Source of the DNA: Nitrospirota bacterium | GTDB lineage: Bacteria > Nitrospirota > UBA9217 | Assembly: GCA_963754875.1 (NCBI GenBank) | Contig: CAVWHO010000010.1 | Span: 96,001-160,000 of the forward strand | Direction: 5' to 3' | Length of the DNA stretch: 64,000 nt | Part shown: positions 19,891 to 30,304 of the stretch, piece by piece | Layout: the number at the start of each line of letters is the position of its first letter | How positions within the stretch are numbered: position 1 is the first letter of the stretch | The notes under the pieces: generated by a model | Databases searched by the model: none | What the model was told of the DNA's origin: nothing | The model's input: the letters and a program-made list of their open reading frames with translations, nothing else | Program-made: the position numbers and the translations under genes

Positions 19891-21322
19891 ATGAATTTCC
19901 ACATACTCTCACTGGTAATTGAAGAGCTTTCAGCGCTCCTCACCGGCGCACGCGTTGAGCGTGTCATCCAGGGCAAGGAGGGAGGGGTGTATTTGCTGCT
20001 CCGGCGTAATCGAAAGAATTACGCGCTTCTCTTCTCTCCCGATCGTGTTTTACCCCGTATGCATCTGGTGAGTTTAAAGCCGCAATCCGTCGCTACACCT
20101 AACTCCTTTGTCCTTGCGCTGAGAAGCCGTCTGACCGGTTCTCGCGTAAAAACCATATCACAGCTGAACGAGGACCGCATAGCGAGGATTTGCTTTGCAA
20201 CGCCGGCTATGGAACAGTGTCTTGTCTACGAATTAACCGGTATGTCAGCAAATCTCTTCTTGATCGGGGCAGATTGGCGGATTATTGCTGTCTACTATCC
20301 GGTCCGCGCCTACTCAGCCTGCAGCGCGAACATTGTTGCCAGGGGCCTTATACGTCCTGCCTCACAAAAAAGTCACGTTCCCCTCGGGCAGGGACAGACT
20401 GGCAATTCCCGATGCCGATTCGCCGAACAAAGCAACAGAGGCTTTCTATGTCCATTTGGCACAGGAGCGATATCTTGCTGCACTCGGGTCGGAGGTCCGC
20501 TCCTGTATCCGAAAGGCCCTTGCAAAGGCCGAGCGTAAGCGCGATGCGCTCGAATCAGATCTGAGACAGCAGAGCAGGCCGACCAGCTACAGACAGGCGG
20601 GAGATTTGATTCTGGCAAATCTGAAGCTCTTGCACTGGCGGAATGGACCGTGCGGAACTCGACCGGTTACGACGGCCGGACAGTCGTCGTCAATCTTGAT
20701 CCGAAACTTTCTCCGTCAAAGAATGCAGAACATTATTTTAAGAAGTTTAAAAAATCCAAAGCAGGACAACAGATCATTTCGTCGCGTCTCCACGATACGG
20801 CAGAGGAAATAGACTTTTTAAACTCGCTGCTGGACGAAGCGGGGGAAGGCGGACGATGTCCCTCATCTGAAAGCAATCCGCTCTGAACTGTCGGTTCGGG
20901 GATACGCAAAGGAAAAGCCCGCAGCAAAGAGAAAAGCCTCTCGGCCAGGAAGAATGCCGCCGGTCCCAGAACCGTCGTTTGCCGGGGGTGGGAAATTCTT
21001 ATCGGTACCAATGCTTCGTGCAATGATCAAATCACGACCAGGATCGCCCGTCCCGATGACTTCTGGTTCCACGCCGAAGGACTGCCCGGCTCACATGTTC
21101 TCGTGAAGAACCCGATGAAGAAAGAGCTTCCGGCGGATGTTCTGATAAAAGCTGCGGCACTGGCTGCTTATTACAGCAGAGGAAGAAACGCAGACAAGGT
21201 GGCGGTCACGTATACCATCCGCACGGTTTGTAAAAAAGCCGAAGGGCGCAAGGCCCGGGCTCGTCACGATTTCAGAGCGGAAAACGATCATGGTCAGGCC
21301 GTCAGACAGTGTGCCGGGGTGA
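19891..21322 (+). CDS. NFACT/RqcH (FbpA) family protein (multiple frameshifts)
   Basis: DRIARI, YELTGxxAN, NAEHYFKKFKK, DFWFHAEGLPGSHV, AAYYSRGR. Confidence 0.85.
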
Positions 21323-21412
21323 TTTCCATGCCCCCTGCGCGGAGAGGGTGATTATTCCCTTTACAGATTTTGCAGTTTCGAGTAAAATTCACCAAGTCTC
21401 CGTGAACAGATC

Positions 21413-23347
21413 ATGACAAAAAAAATAATCATTTCACTCCTCATTGCCGCAGTGATATTCGTCGTCACCATCTCCTGCTATTCACTCGGCCTGTTCGAAA
21501 AGCCTGAGTATTACCTTTACGATCTTCAGACCAAGCTTCTGCGCTCCGACAAAGTGTCTGACAGCAAGATCAAAGTCATTCTCATTGATGAGGCCGCGCT
21601 CAAGTCGGTAGCGGACATTGCGGGCAGGTGGCCGTGGCCCCGGGCTATCTGGTCGGACCTTCTCGACTTTCTTACAATAGGCGGCGCGCGAACGGTGCTC
21701 TTCGATCTTCTTTTTCTGGAGCCAGACCGATATAATGAGACAAACGATCAGGCCCTTATTGAGGCAACACGGGCATCGCAAAACGTCTACCATGGCATGA
21801 TGATCATGCGCGAAGAGCCTGACAAGGACCCTAAAAATAATGCTGACCTGAACCGTCCCCTGCCCGGCGATTTTGTGAACCGGTTTGCGCTCAAGAAAGT
21901 CACCGGCAGTCTCCCGGTCAAGCCGGGCGCCGAATATAACGACTTTTCCCTGCCGATCGCCGGACTGGCGGAAGCGTCCAAAGGCGTGAACGTCGTCGAA
22001 TTCACGCCGGACAGTGACGGCGTATACCGGAGGACGAGGCCGCTCAGGGACTACCAGGGCAAGTATTTTCCGGTCCTTGGCCTTGCTCCTTTTGTCGACG
22101 CGGCAAGCACCGTAACCATCAATAACGATTCAATTACGCTCAACGGCCGGACAATACCGATTGATAAAAACGGAAACTGCCTCATCAATATGTACGGCCT
22201 GGACAAGGTGGAAACCTATTCCTTGAGCGGCGTGTTTGCATCACTCCAGAAAATCCGAAAAGGCGAGGTCGAGGACCTTTTGGTGAATCCCGACGTGTTC
22301 AAGGACAGCATCGTGTTCATCGGCGCAAGCGCTGTCGGTACGGCGGACCTTAAGGCCATACCGGCTGCCCCAAGCGCTCCCGGAGTCATGCTGCACGTCT
22401 TTCTGGCGAACAATTATCTCCAGAACGATTTCATGAGGCCGCCCGACAATCGGTTGACGTTCTTTTCAGTGCTTTTCGGCGTGCTCCTCACGACATGGGC
22501 CGTGATGTTTTCCAAACGGTTTATCATCCAAGCCGCTTTTCCCGTGCTCCTGCTTTTGTTGTATATCGGCTATGCGCTGCTTTCGTTTAAATCGAATGTA
22601 CAAGTCGAACTGGTGCCGTTCCTTTTTGCCATGGTTACGACCAGTTTCCTTTCCTTCGGCTATCTGACCTTTACCGAGGCCGTCGAAAAACGACGTGTGT
22701 CGCAGCTGTTCACTCAGTACGTTTCCAAGGATGTCCTGAACGAAGTACTGCACAATTACAAGGAATATATAAAGTCGAGCGCGGGCCAGAAAGTAGAGTT
22801 GACCGTCCTCTTCTCCGATATCCGCGGATTTACGACCATGTCCGAGACCACCCCGCCGGAAAAGATCGTGGAAATGCTGAATGTCCATTTTTCCGTCATG
22901 GCCGATATCATTCTGAAGCACAACGGCACGATCGACAAATACATCGGCGACGCGATCATGGCCTTCTGGGGCGCGCCGGTCAAAATGGATGATCATGCAG
23001 AGCAGTCGGTACTTGCGGCCAAGGAGATGCTCGAAGGGCTCAAGGAGGTCAATAAGACCCTTAAGGACCGGGGCTTCGGCCTGGAATTGAAGATCGGCAT
23101 CGGCATTAATACCGGTGTGGCCACGATCGGAGAAATCGGTTCGGAAAAGAAGAAAAACTATACCATCGTGGGAGACACGGTCAATCTTGCATCGCGGCTC
23201 GAGAGCATCACCAAGGAATACAAGACCCCCCTCATCTTCTCTGAATATACCTATGAAAGGGTCAAAAACCGGATTAACGGCAAACTGCTCGGCAATGTGA
23301 AGGTTAAAGGGAGAGAGCAGCCGGTTGACATTTACACGGTTGAATAA
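21413..23347 (+). CDS. CHASE2-domain class III adenylate cyclase
   Basis: TM, CHASE2 (IDE, GRWPWPR, DSDGVYRR, PGV-H), 3 TM, FSDIRGFT, DKYIGD, YTIVGDTVNLASRLE; Lys/Thr specificity residues indicate ATP. Confidence 0.95.
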   Translation: MTKKIIISLLIAAVIFVVTISCYSLGLFEKPEYYLYDLQTKLLRSDKVSDSKIKVILIDEAALKSVADIAGRWPWPRAIWSDLLDFLTIGGARTVLFDLLFLEPDRYNETNDQALIEATRASQNVYHGMMIMREEPDKDPKNNADLNRPLPGDFVNRFALKKVTGSLPVKPGAEYNDFSLPIAGLAEASKGVNVVEFTPDSDGVYRRTRPLRDYQGKYFPVLGLAPFVDAASTVTINNDSITLNGRTIPIDKNGNCLINMYGLDKVETYSLSGVFASLQKIRKGEVEDLLVNPDVFKDSIVFIGASAVGTADLKAIPAAPSAPGVMLHVFLANNYLQNDFMRPPDNRLTFFSVLFGVLLTTWAVMFSKRFIIQAAFPVLLLLLYIGYALLSFKSNVQVELVPFLFAMVTTSFLSFGYLTFTEAVEKRRVSQLFTQYVSKDVLNEVLHNYKEYIKSSAGQKVELTVLFSDIRGFTTMSETTPPEKIVEMLNVHFSVMADIILKHNGTIDKYIGDAIMAFWGAPVKMDDHAEQSVLAAKEMLEGLKEVNKTLKDRGFGLELKIGIGINTGVATIGEIGSEKKKNYTIVGDTVNLASRLESITKEYKTPLIFSEYTYERVKNRINGKLLGNVKVKGREQPVDIYTVE

Positions 23348-23375
23348 GGGAAGCTGTTTCGAAAAATGAAAAAAG

Positions 23376-23470
23376 AGCGGTCAGATGTCAGACCAGGCAG
23401 ACAATCGGGCCGAGTTGTCATGTCCCGTCTGTCGGCTGTGAGAGCGACAGGTCTGTACACTGACGTCGTT
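23376..23470 (+). ncRNA. Candidate structured cis-element (three-way junction) abutting the SH3 gene RBS
   Basis: gtcag-atgt-cagacc (23380-23394) pairs ggtctg-taca-ctgac (23450-23464); internal ggcagac/gtctgtc and gggc/gtcc. Confidence 0.4.
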
Positions 23471-23485
23471 ATCAGGAGGTGTGTT

Positions 23486-23974
23486 ATGAAAAGAATACTT
23501 ATGCCGGTTCTATTGCTCATGGCTTCGCTGTCTCTCACCTCAGCGGTCTATGCCCAGGGCGAGTATTATGTGCAGAGCGTGAAAGCCAAAGTGATGTCCG
23601 CTACTTCTTTTAAGGCGTCGGTACTAGGAGAGGTAGGAAAAGGTTTTAAGTTCGTCTCCTCGGGCAAGAAAGGCGCTTGGGTCAAGGTAAAATACAAAGA
23701 TAAGGCCGGCTACGTGTCGTCCTTCCTTCTCGCCACCCACCCGCCCTTTGAGAGGACGGGACTGATCAGAGGCGATGAAAGCGATATCAAACGGGGCGTC
23801 CGCAGACGCGCGTCGTCGTACACCAGCGCTGCCGCGGCCCGGGGCCTTGCATCAGACGACCGGCGACGGCTTAGTAAGGAGGAAAAGGCGGACTACGATT
23901 CACTCGACAAAATAGAATCTTTCAAAGTCACCGCGGACGAGCTTAGCCGGTTCATGGAGGGAACCACACTATGA
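23486..23974 (+). CDS. Secreted SH3b-like protein with C-terminal AAARGL motif
   Basis: RBS aggaggt, signal peptide, GAWVKV...GYVS SH3 motif. Confidence 0.82.
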   Translation: MKRILMPVLLLMASLSLTSAVYAQGEYYVQSVKAKVMSATSFKASVLGEVGKGFKFVSSGKKGAWVKVKYKDKAGYVSSFLLATHPPFERTGLIRGDESDIKRGVRRRASSYTSAAAARGLASDDRRRLSKEEKADYDSLDKIESFKVTADELSRFMEGTTL

Positions 23975-24819
23975 AAAAATGGATCACTTTCCCACTAGCG
24001 CTGGTCCTCGCAATCGGTTTAGTATCTCCGCTCACTCTTTCTGCGGCTGAATCTGATACGAAGTTCAGACAGCGGGTATCGGCAAACGAGGAGATCATTA
24101 CATCGGACATAGCCGAAGAGGTACGGTTCGGGCGGGAAGTCGCGGCGCGGATTATCGCCCGGTTCGGGATGTATAACGACCCAAAGCTGATGAAATATGT
24201 AAATCTCGTCGGGAACGTGCTGGCCATGAACACGAGCCGGCCGGAAATTGAATTCCATTTTGCCATATTGAATACCGATGAGATCAACGGGTATGCGGCG
24301 CCAGGCGGGTATATCTTTGTTACGCGCGGGGCGCTTGCAAAGATGCAGGACGAGTCCGAGCTTGCCGGTGTGCTTGCCCATGAGATAGGACATGTGGTCG
24401 AAAAGCATGCGGTCAAAGAACTGAACATCAGGGGACAGGACACATCGTCGGTGTCCGGCCTCGCAATGCTCATCGGCGGCAGCTCCGAATCGGCGCGCCT
24501 GGCGTTCTCTCAAGCCGTTGACAAGGCACTGGACCTGTTGTTTAAGGATGGATACAAACGCGAGGATGAGATGCAGGCGGACAGGGATGCGGTCCATTTT
24601 TGCGCTTTTTCCGGATACGCTCCTACCGGCTTGGTGCGATATTTCGAGCGAATAAGTACGATAAAAGGGAAACAAACTGAAATATTAGACAAAACACATC
24701 CCTCTTTTAACGACCGTATCGCATGGATTAACTCGACGATAAAAGAAGAGGGGATCGATTCGGGCAAGTATAAAACAGCCAAGGATAGGTTCGCAGCAAA
24801 CATCAAGCTGCTGCAATAG
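23971..24819 (+). CDS. Secreted M48 family metalloprotease
   Basis: Signal peptide, INGYAAPGG, ELAGVLAHEIGH, EMQAD, THP; ATGA overlap with upstream gene. Confidence 0.93.
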   Translation: MKKWITFPLALVLAIGLVSPLTLSAAESDTKFRQRVSANEEIITSDIAEEVRFGREVAARIIARFGMYNDPKLMKYVNLVGNVLAMNTSRPEIEFHFAILNTDEINGYAAPGGYIFVTRGALAKMQDESELAGVLAHEIGHVVEKHAVKELNIRGQDTSSVSGLAMLIGGSSESARLAFSQAVDKALDLLFKDGYKREDEMQADRDAVHFCAFSGYAPTGLVRYFERISTIKGKQTEILDKTHPSFNDRIAWINSTIKEEGIDSGKYKTAKDRFAANIKLLQ

Positions 24820-24892
24820 GGGAACACTGAGAAAAAAACTGCATGAGTTTACGTCACTCTTATGTTGCACAGCAGCGGGTAATAACGGCATT

Positions 24893-24925
24893 TCGGCAGC
24901 CTCCAGGGAGGCCGCCGATTTTTTT
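24893..24925 (+). terminator. Intrinsic terminator after M48 gene
   Basis: tcggc-a-gcctcc/ag/ggaggc-c-gccga followed by T7. Confidence 0.75.
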
Positions 24926-24958
24926 GCGCCCAAGAGATATCTTGCGCCCAGGAGATAT
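24924..24958. repeat. Tandem 17-bp direct repeat upstream of the beta-barrel gene
   Basis: ttgcgcccaagagatat and ttgcgcccaggagatat, period 18, one mismatch. Confidence 0.8.
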
Positions 24959-25030
24959 TTTTAACCTTGCAATTTCTGGGGAATTATACTATTCTTTGCC
25001 ATTAATAATTAAGTAGGCAGGAGGTTAGAA

Positions 25031-26362
25031 ATGAATAAAGGTTTTATTTCTCTGGCAGTCTTCTTTGTCATGCTTTCCTGCATGGCGGCCACCGCCGCAG
25101 CTGATGAACTTCATTATACTAATCTTCTTATCGGCGACCGCGCTTCGGGCATGGGAGGCGCGTATACCGCAATCTCCGACGATGCGACCGGTCTCTACTA
25201 CAACCCGGCAGGTATTGCCTACGCGGCCGGCAGGAACTTTTCGGCCAGTGTCAATGCCTATTATAGCAATGAGAAAACGTACAAGGGCGTCATCGGGGGC
25301 AACGGCTGGACGAGGAGATCATCGTCGCTCCTGCCGAATTATTTCGGTGTGGTCCAGCCGGTAGGAAAATTCAAAGTGGGCATTTCTTATGCAGTTCCCG
25401 ACTCTAGCATGGAGGACCAGCAGCAGACATTCACGGGCATCCCGCTCAGTACCTCTATCCAACCATTTAACCCGGGGGTGACCATATCATCGTATACTAT
25501 TAATTTTAATAACGAGAACAATATCTATAACTTTGGTCCCTCCATAGCACTGGAACTGTCTGACAATTTTTCCGTGGGCCTCACGCTCTATTATTATCAA
25601 AAAACGCAGCGCTGGATTCTGAACCAGCTTATTACAACAACGAACGGCGGATATGAATTAACAAATCAGTATTATCATACTAATGAATGGGGTGCTCGCC
25701 CAGTACTTGGGTTCATGTGGTCGCCCATGAATACCGTATCCGTTGGAATGTCACTGTCGAAGATTTTTGTCGAAGGATCCGATACCAATTTTCTCAGCAC
25801 TTACATTCGCAGAGGAATCGGAGCAATCGATGATCCTTCCACTAATGTGGTCAACTATGACGTGGCGTCTATTCCCAGCGGCGCATCCGGCACGAGTGCG
25901 AAGAGGGAATACCCGACCCAGGTGAGCCTCGGCTTAGCCTGGTTCCCGACGCAGAGTCTTCTCCTCTCAGGCGATATTAATTATTTTACTAAGGTCAATG
26001 AGCAGGACGTCACGGTGAATGGCCAATCGTTTGCTTTACGTCAGCTTGCCGAGCCTGTTACGAATGTTGCTCTCGGAACGGAATATTATTTCACCAAAAA
26101 CTGGGCACTGAGGGCGGGTTTCTTTACGGATAAGGCAAACACACCGAATATTGAATCAGGCGGTGTGAATCAGTCTGAACATATCGACCTCTACGGCGGT
26201 ACGTTGAGCATCAGCAACTTTACACGCAACACGTCGGTAACACTCGGCGGAGGGATAACTGACGGCACGGGAAAAGCACAGATCGTCGGCAACAGCACGA
26301 ATATCCAGGATACTGTTTCCAAAGGATGGACCTTATTCCTTTCTTCGTCATACTCTTATTAA
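25031..26362 (+). CDS. Outer-membrane beta-barrel, FadL/OmpP1/PorV-like
   Basis: Signal peptide, GDRASGMGGAYTAISDDATGLYYNPAG, terminal aromatic SYSY. Confidence 0.85.
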   Translation: MNKGFISLAVFFVMLSCMAATAAADELHYTNLLIGDRASGMGGAYTAISDDATGLYYNPAGIAYAAGRNFSASVNAYYSNEKTYKGVIGGNGWTRRSSSLLPNYFGVVQPVGKFKVGISYAVPDSSMEDQQQTFTGIPLSTSIQPFNPGVTISSYTINFNNENNIYNFGPSIALELSDNFSVGLTLYYYQKTQRWILNQLITTTNGGYELTNQYYHTNEWGARPVLGFMWSPMNTVSVGMSLSKIFVEGSDTNFLSTYIRRGIGAIDDPSTNVVNYDVASIPSGASGTSAKREYPTQVSLGLAWFPTQSLLLSGDINYFTKVNEQDVTVNGQSFALRQLAEPVTNVALGTEYYFTKNWALRAGFFTDKANTPNIESGGVNQSEHIDLYGGTLSISNFTRNTSVTLGGGITDGTGKAQIVGNSTNIQDTVSKGWTLFLSSSYSY

Positions 26363-26391
26363 TCGGCTTAAGGATCTTTCATCACTGCCTT

Positions 26392-26419
26392 ACCCGCCTT
26401 CCTGAAAAAGAAGGCGGGT
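26392..26419. terminator. 10-bp hairpin after the beta-barrel gene (no clear U-tract)
   Basis: acccgccttc-ctgaaaaa-gaaggcgggt. Confidence 0.5.
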
Positions 26420-26529
26420 GTAAGACTCCTCGAAATACCTACCCTTAAAATACCCCATCGAGGTCATTTACTTGTCCGCCAAAACGTCGTATGATGTCCC
26501 ACTTGGCAGTATCTATTGCCTTTCCTAAA

Positions 26530-26549
26530 GTGAATAGTACCTTGACTTT
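26530..26549 (+). promoter_or_regulatory. 20-bp motif, copy 1 (upstream of M6 protease)
   Basis: gtgaatagtaccttgacttt, identical to 28851-28870. Confidence 0.7.
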
Positions 26550-26678
26550 GTACGGTCAAACAAATGTCCTCGTGCAAGTTGAACAACATCGAGAATTTTT
26601 TTATAATCGGTGCGAAGTGCAGACCGCTGCCACGAACATCGTAAATATGCATGCTGATTGCATGCAGAGGTGTTTATC

Positions 26679-28826
26679 TTGAAAAGATATATCCTTTTAT
26701 TCTTCTCATTTTTTTTGTTTACTCCGCAAATCTTCGCCGCGCCCGCACTGAATAAATCTATACCCGAGCCACCGGAACGTCCCGGGAAAACATTACAACA
26801 GCGTTTTGTGCCGGGCTTGCCTGCCGGCACGATGCTTGCCCCGGCCTCCTATACGACGCCGCAGACGGTAAGAATTCTTTTTCTCCGGGTAGAGTTTCAG
26901 CCGGACCAGGACCCGGCGTCTGCAGGAAGCGGGTTGTGGCTCGACCCTCTTTACTCAATGGGCACAGGCACACCGACAGATGCTGCCAATCTCGATGATC
27001 CTTCGAATTTCTGGGTCAAGAGGGCACAAGCCAAGTTTGTCGATTATTACAAGGAGGTTTCCTACGGCCTTTTGAATATTACCGTAGATATTTCACCAAA
27101 AGTCTATCAGCTGCCTAATATTATGGCCTATTATGCCGGTTCAACGAACCAATCACTGGAGAATCTGATCTACGACAGTATTACTACGGCATCGAGCGAC
27201 ACGAACCCGGCGACGAAGCCGGATTTCAGTCTTTATGACGCTGTGCTTATTCAGCACGCCGGAGTAGGGCAGGAATCGGACGTCCTCGGGGTCATGCAGG
27301 ATGATATCTGGTCCCTGTATTACCCCCCTAGCGGCGCGGGCGGTATCTGTAAAAATGCCTCAACCTCAGGACCTTGTCTCTCAACAATCGTAAAGGACGG
27401 CGCAGGCACAAAAGTCATCGATGAGGCCATCATTATGCCCCAGACCGATTCGCGAACGGTACCCGCACCGGGCATCATTGTCGACCCGCTGGGCGTCTAT
27501 GTGCACGAGTTCGGTCACTGGCTCGGCCTGCCTGATCTCTACTGCACGGCAACGTTCTGCTTGCTCGATGGTGTAGGCAAATGGAGCCTCATGTCAGACG
27601 GCATATACAATTATGATCCGAACGATCCGACGACGCAGACCGTCATCTCGTCGGCAACGTCGAGTACCACCCTGTATTGGCATGGCAGCTCTCCGGCGCA
27701 TTTGGACGCATGGAGTTTAACATACCTCGGATGGGTCAATCCGCAGACAGTAACGAGTTACCAGCCTGGTTTGGTCCTGGACCCCGTAGAGTCCGTGCCT
27801 GCTCCGATTGTTGCTGCCGCAGGAACGAATATAATCAAGGCGCAGGCCTCGACGGCAACGGCCAGCCAGTATTTCCTGATCGAGAACCGCCAGCAGATCG
27901 GGTATGATGCGGGACTGCCCGGTCATGGTCTTTTGGTTTGGCTTGTCGATCAGGATGTTATCAACGCAAATTTTCCAAGCAATACCATTAATAATAATCG
28001 CGTGCAGCCGGGGTTGAAGCTTATTGAAGCGGACGGCGATTGGTCGCTTCTTTTACCGTATGGTGCTTCCGGTGCCGACATAGGGACCGCCGGCGATCCT
28101 TTTCCCGGTTCGACGAACAATACGAATCTTACGCCCATGACCGATCCTTCATCCATGCCTTATTCGAACTACGGCTGGGTGAACATAAGAAATATCGCCG
28201 AGTCGCCGATATCCAACATTACCGCTACCGTGGTCAGCTTTGATATGGGCTTCGGACCGAATCCTCCGGTAAATCCGAGCATTGTTAATTCGAATTCTCT
28301 GACGTGGTCCCCGAGTGCCGGCGCGGCAGCGTATAATATTTATAAAAACGGTTCCGCCTCGCCAATTATAAACATTCCGGCAACTGGTTCTTCAGCCAGT
28401 TATACAGACGGCTCGATGCAACCTTCCGATACCTACGAGATAACGGCAATCGATGTAAATGGCAACGAGTCCCAGGCGATAACAGTTATGGCGCCCGCTG
28501 CTGACAGCGGGGGGGGCAGCAGCCATTTCTGCTTCATTGCAACTGCCGCATACGGGTCCTATCTTGACCCGCACGTAGAAGTACTTCGGAATTTCCGGGA
28601 CCGTTATCTTTTGACAAACGCAGCGGGAAGAGTGTTTGTCACGTTTTATTACCGCCATTCACCTCCGCTTGCAGATTATATCAGCAGGCACGAAACCATG
28701 AGAGCCATAACGCGATGGGCGCTCACCCCCTTCGTTTTTATGGTGCAGTATCCGCTTATTTTTCTTCTATTATTTACTGTCATACTTGTGATATTAATCA
28801 CCGCAAGAAGAGCGAAAGCGTGGTAA
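26679..28826 (+). CDS. M6 (immune inhibitor A-like) metalloprotease with FN3-like region and CFI-box-CTERM tail
   Basis: Signal peptide, [34 protein letters not shown] Met-turn, [25 protein letters not shown], terminal TM plus basic residues; TTG start inferred. Confidence 0.9.
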   Translation: MKRYILLFFSFFLFTPQIFAAPALNKSIPEPPERPGKTLQQRFVPGLPAGTMLAPASYTTPQTVRILFLRVEFQPDQDPASAGSGLWLDPLYSMGTGTPTDAANLDDPSNFWVKRAQAKFVDYYKEVSYGLLNITVDISPKVYQLPNIMAYYAGSTNQSLENLIYDSITTASSDTNPATKPDFSLYDAVLIQHAGVGQESDVLGVMQDDIWSLYYPPSGAGGICKNASTSGPCLSTIVKDGAGTKVIDEAIIMPQTDSRTVPAPGIIVDPLGVYVHEFGHWLGLPDLYCTATFCLLDGVGKWSLMSDGIYNYDPNDPTTQTVISSATSSTTLYWHGSSPAHLDAWSLTYLGWVNPQTVTSYQPGLVLDPVESVPAPIVAAAGTNIIKAQASTATASQYFLIENRQQIGYDAGLPGHGLLVWLVDQDVINANFPSNTINNNRVQPGLKLIEADGDWSLLLPYGASGADIGTAGDPFPGSTNNTNLTPMTDPSSMPYSNYGWVNIRNIAESPISNITATVVSFDMGFGPNPPVNPSIVNSNSLTWSPSAGAAAYNIYKNGSASPIINIPATGSSASYTDGSMQPSDTYEITAIDVNGNESQAITVMAPAADSGGGSSHFCFIATAAYGSYLDPHVEVLRNFRDRYLLTNAAGRVFVTFYYRHSPPLADYISRHETMRAITRWALTPFVFMVQYPLIFLLLFTVILVILITARRAKAW

Positions 28827-28850
28827 GTGTTTTCATTAGTCGTTTCCTTG

Positions 28851-28891
28851 GTGAATAGTACCTTGACTTTATTTGCGTTAGGATATAAGCT
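28851..28891 (+). promoter_or_regulatory. 20-bp motif copy 2 with sigma70-type promoter for the lipoprotein
   Basis: gtgaatagtaccTTGACT-17 nt-TAAGCT. Confidence 0.65.
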
Positions 28892-29105
28892 ATGCATACT
28901 TTGCACATTATTGCAGACTGCACGGAAACTGGTGAGGATTCTACAAATTAATCTGTTTATCCTGTAGTCTTATTTTCTCCGGTTACGTTTAAGCGGCGTG
29001 AGATGCATATTCGTAAAAGGAGGTGAAACAAACTTTACTTTCGTTGCGCAGAAGGCATCGTGTTTCTCTCTGTCATGACTATATAATATAAAAAAGGAGG
29101 GCTCT

Positions 29106-30293
29106 ATGAAAAGATTAGGATTGTTTGCATTAGTAATTGTACTGTTTCTTGGACTTTCAATATTCTTTGCAGCATGCAGTGGCGGTGGCGGCGGAAGCAG
29201 CCCTGCGCCAGGCGGCGGCGTTACGTCGCTCAGCACAACCACGCAGGGTGCACAGTCTGCTTCGGCGAGCGTAACGTCTGCACTTAACGTTGCAAGCACC
29301 GGTGTCCAGCTTTCGAATATAGCGTCTACAGGTGGCAGTTTAGCCGTGCCGCGCTTTAACGCTTTTGCAGGGGCCAACACGAAAACAACAGCAGTGAGCA
29401 AATTTGCAGCTCGCTTTAGCCCTGTTGTGAGGAAAGCACGTGCGATGAGGGCGTCTGCCACAGGATACCCGATGGCGATTTCGTGCGATAGCCGTATCAC
29501 TGGAACGGTTGCGCCTCTGTCGCCCGACAGCACTACCATCGATGTGGACACGACCGGCAGTAACTTTACAATCACATTTACGCAGTGCCAGGACACGTCC
29601 ACCAACACCTTGACGGACGGCGTAATGGCGATCGCGGGAACTGGCACTTCAGGCACGTTTACGCTCGGTTCAGCAAGCAGACTCTTTACCGTAACGGACT
29701 ACTCGCCATCGGCCCCGACTGCGGCTATCGCTAAATCCCAAGCCAACGTAACCATGTCAGTTGCTTCAACAGGAATCTCTGCAACAGGATCGTTTGAGGA
29801 ATGGGACTATGTTGCTCATACCCATGATCTCGGAACGTTGACAAATTTTTCTGTCACTGCGGCATCAACGACCACGACAATCAACAGTACAAGCTATAAT
29901 GTCGATACCTTGACCGTTGGTGGTTCTGAATCGGCAACCACCTATGTGTCGGATACCGATTCGACAATCAATTACAACGAAACTGCCGGCTTTACGAATT
30001 TTTCCGTTGCCTACAAAACACCTGCTTCAGGTACGGGCAATGAATATCTCAGCATTAACGGCGCATTCAGCTCTTCAACCACGCCAGCTAAGTGTATCGA
30101 TGGTACATTCTCGATTGTCACGAATACCGATATAGAGATCGACCCCTATGGCGTGACTCAAGCAGGACAAGTGACCATCAATTCGAACGTGGTCGCAACC
30201 TTCCAGGCCAACGGTGCAGTATCTGTTTCGGTTAACGGTGGGGCTGCACAGATCTACACAGAAGCACAATTAAATTCAGTATGCGCGTTGTAA
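29106..30293 (+). CDS. Ser/Thr/Ala-rich beta-strand lipoprotein of unknown function
   Basis: RBS aaggagg, lipobox FAAC followed by SGGGGG linker, four further Cys. Confidence 0.85.
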   Translation: MKRLGLFALVIVLFLGLSIFFAACSGGGGGSSPAPGGGVTSLSTTTQGAQSASASVTSALNVASTGVQLSNIASTGGSLAVPRFNAFAGANTKTTAVSKFAARFSPVVRKARAMRASATGYPMAISCDSRITGTVAPLSPDSTTIDVDTTGSNFTITFTQCQDTSTNTLTDGVMAIAGTGTSGTFTLGSASRLFTVTDYSPSAPTAAIAKSQANVTMSVASTGISATGSFEEWDYVAHTHDLGTLTNFSVTAASTTTTINSTSYNVDTLTVGGSESATTYVSDTDSTINYNETAGFTNFSVAYKTPASGTGNEYLSINGAFSSSTTPAKCIDGTFSIVTNTDIEIDPYGVTQAGQVTINSNVVATFQANGAVSVSVNGGAAQIYTEAQLNSVCAL

Positions 30294-30304
30294 CTAGATG
30301 CGGC

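Noticed and set aside
26504..26520. tggcagtatctattgcc as a sigma54 promoter
   Set aside because: GG-GC spacing is 11, not 10
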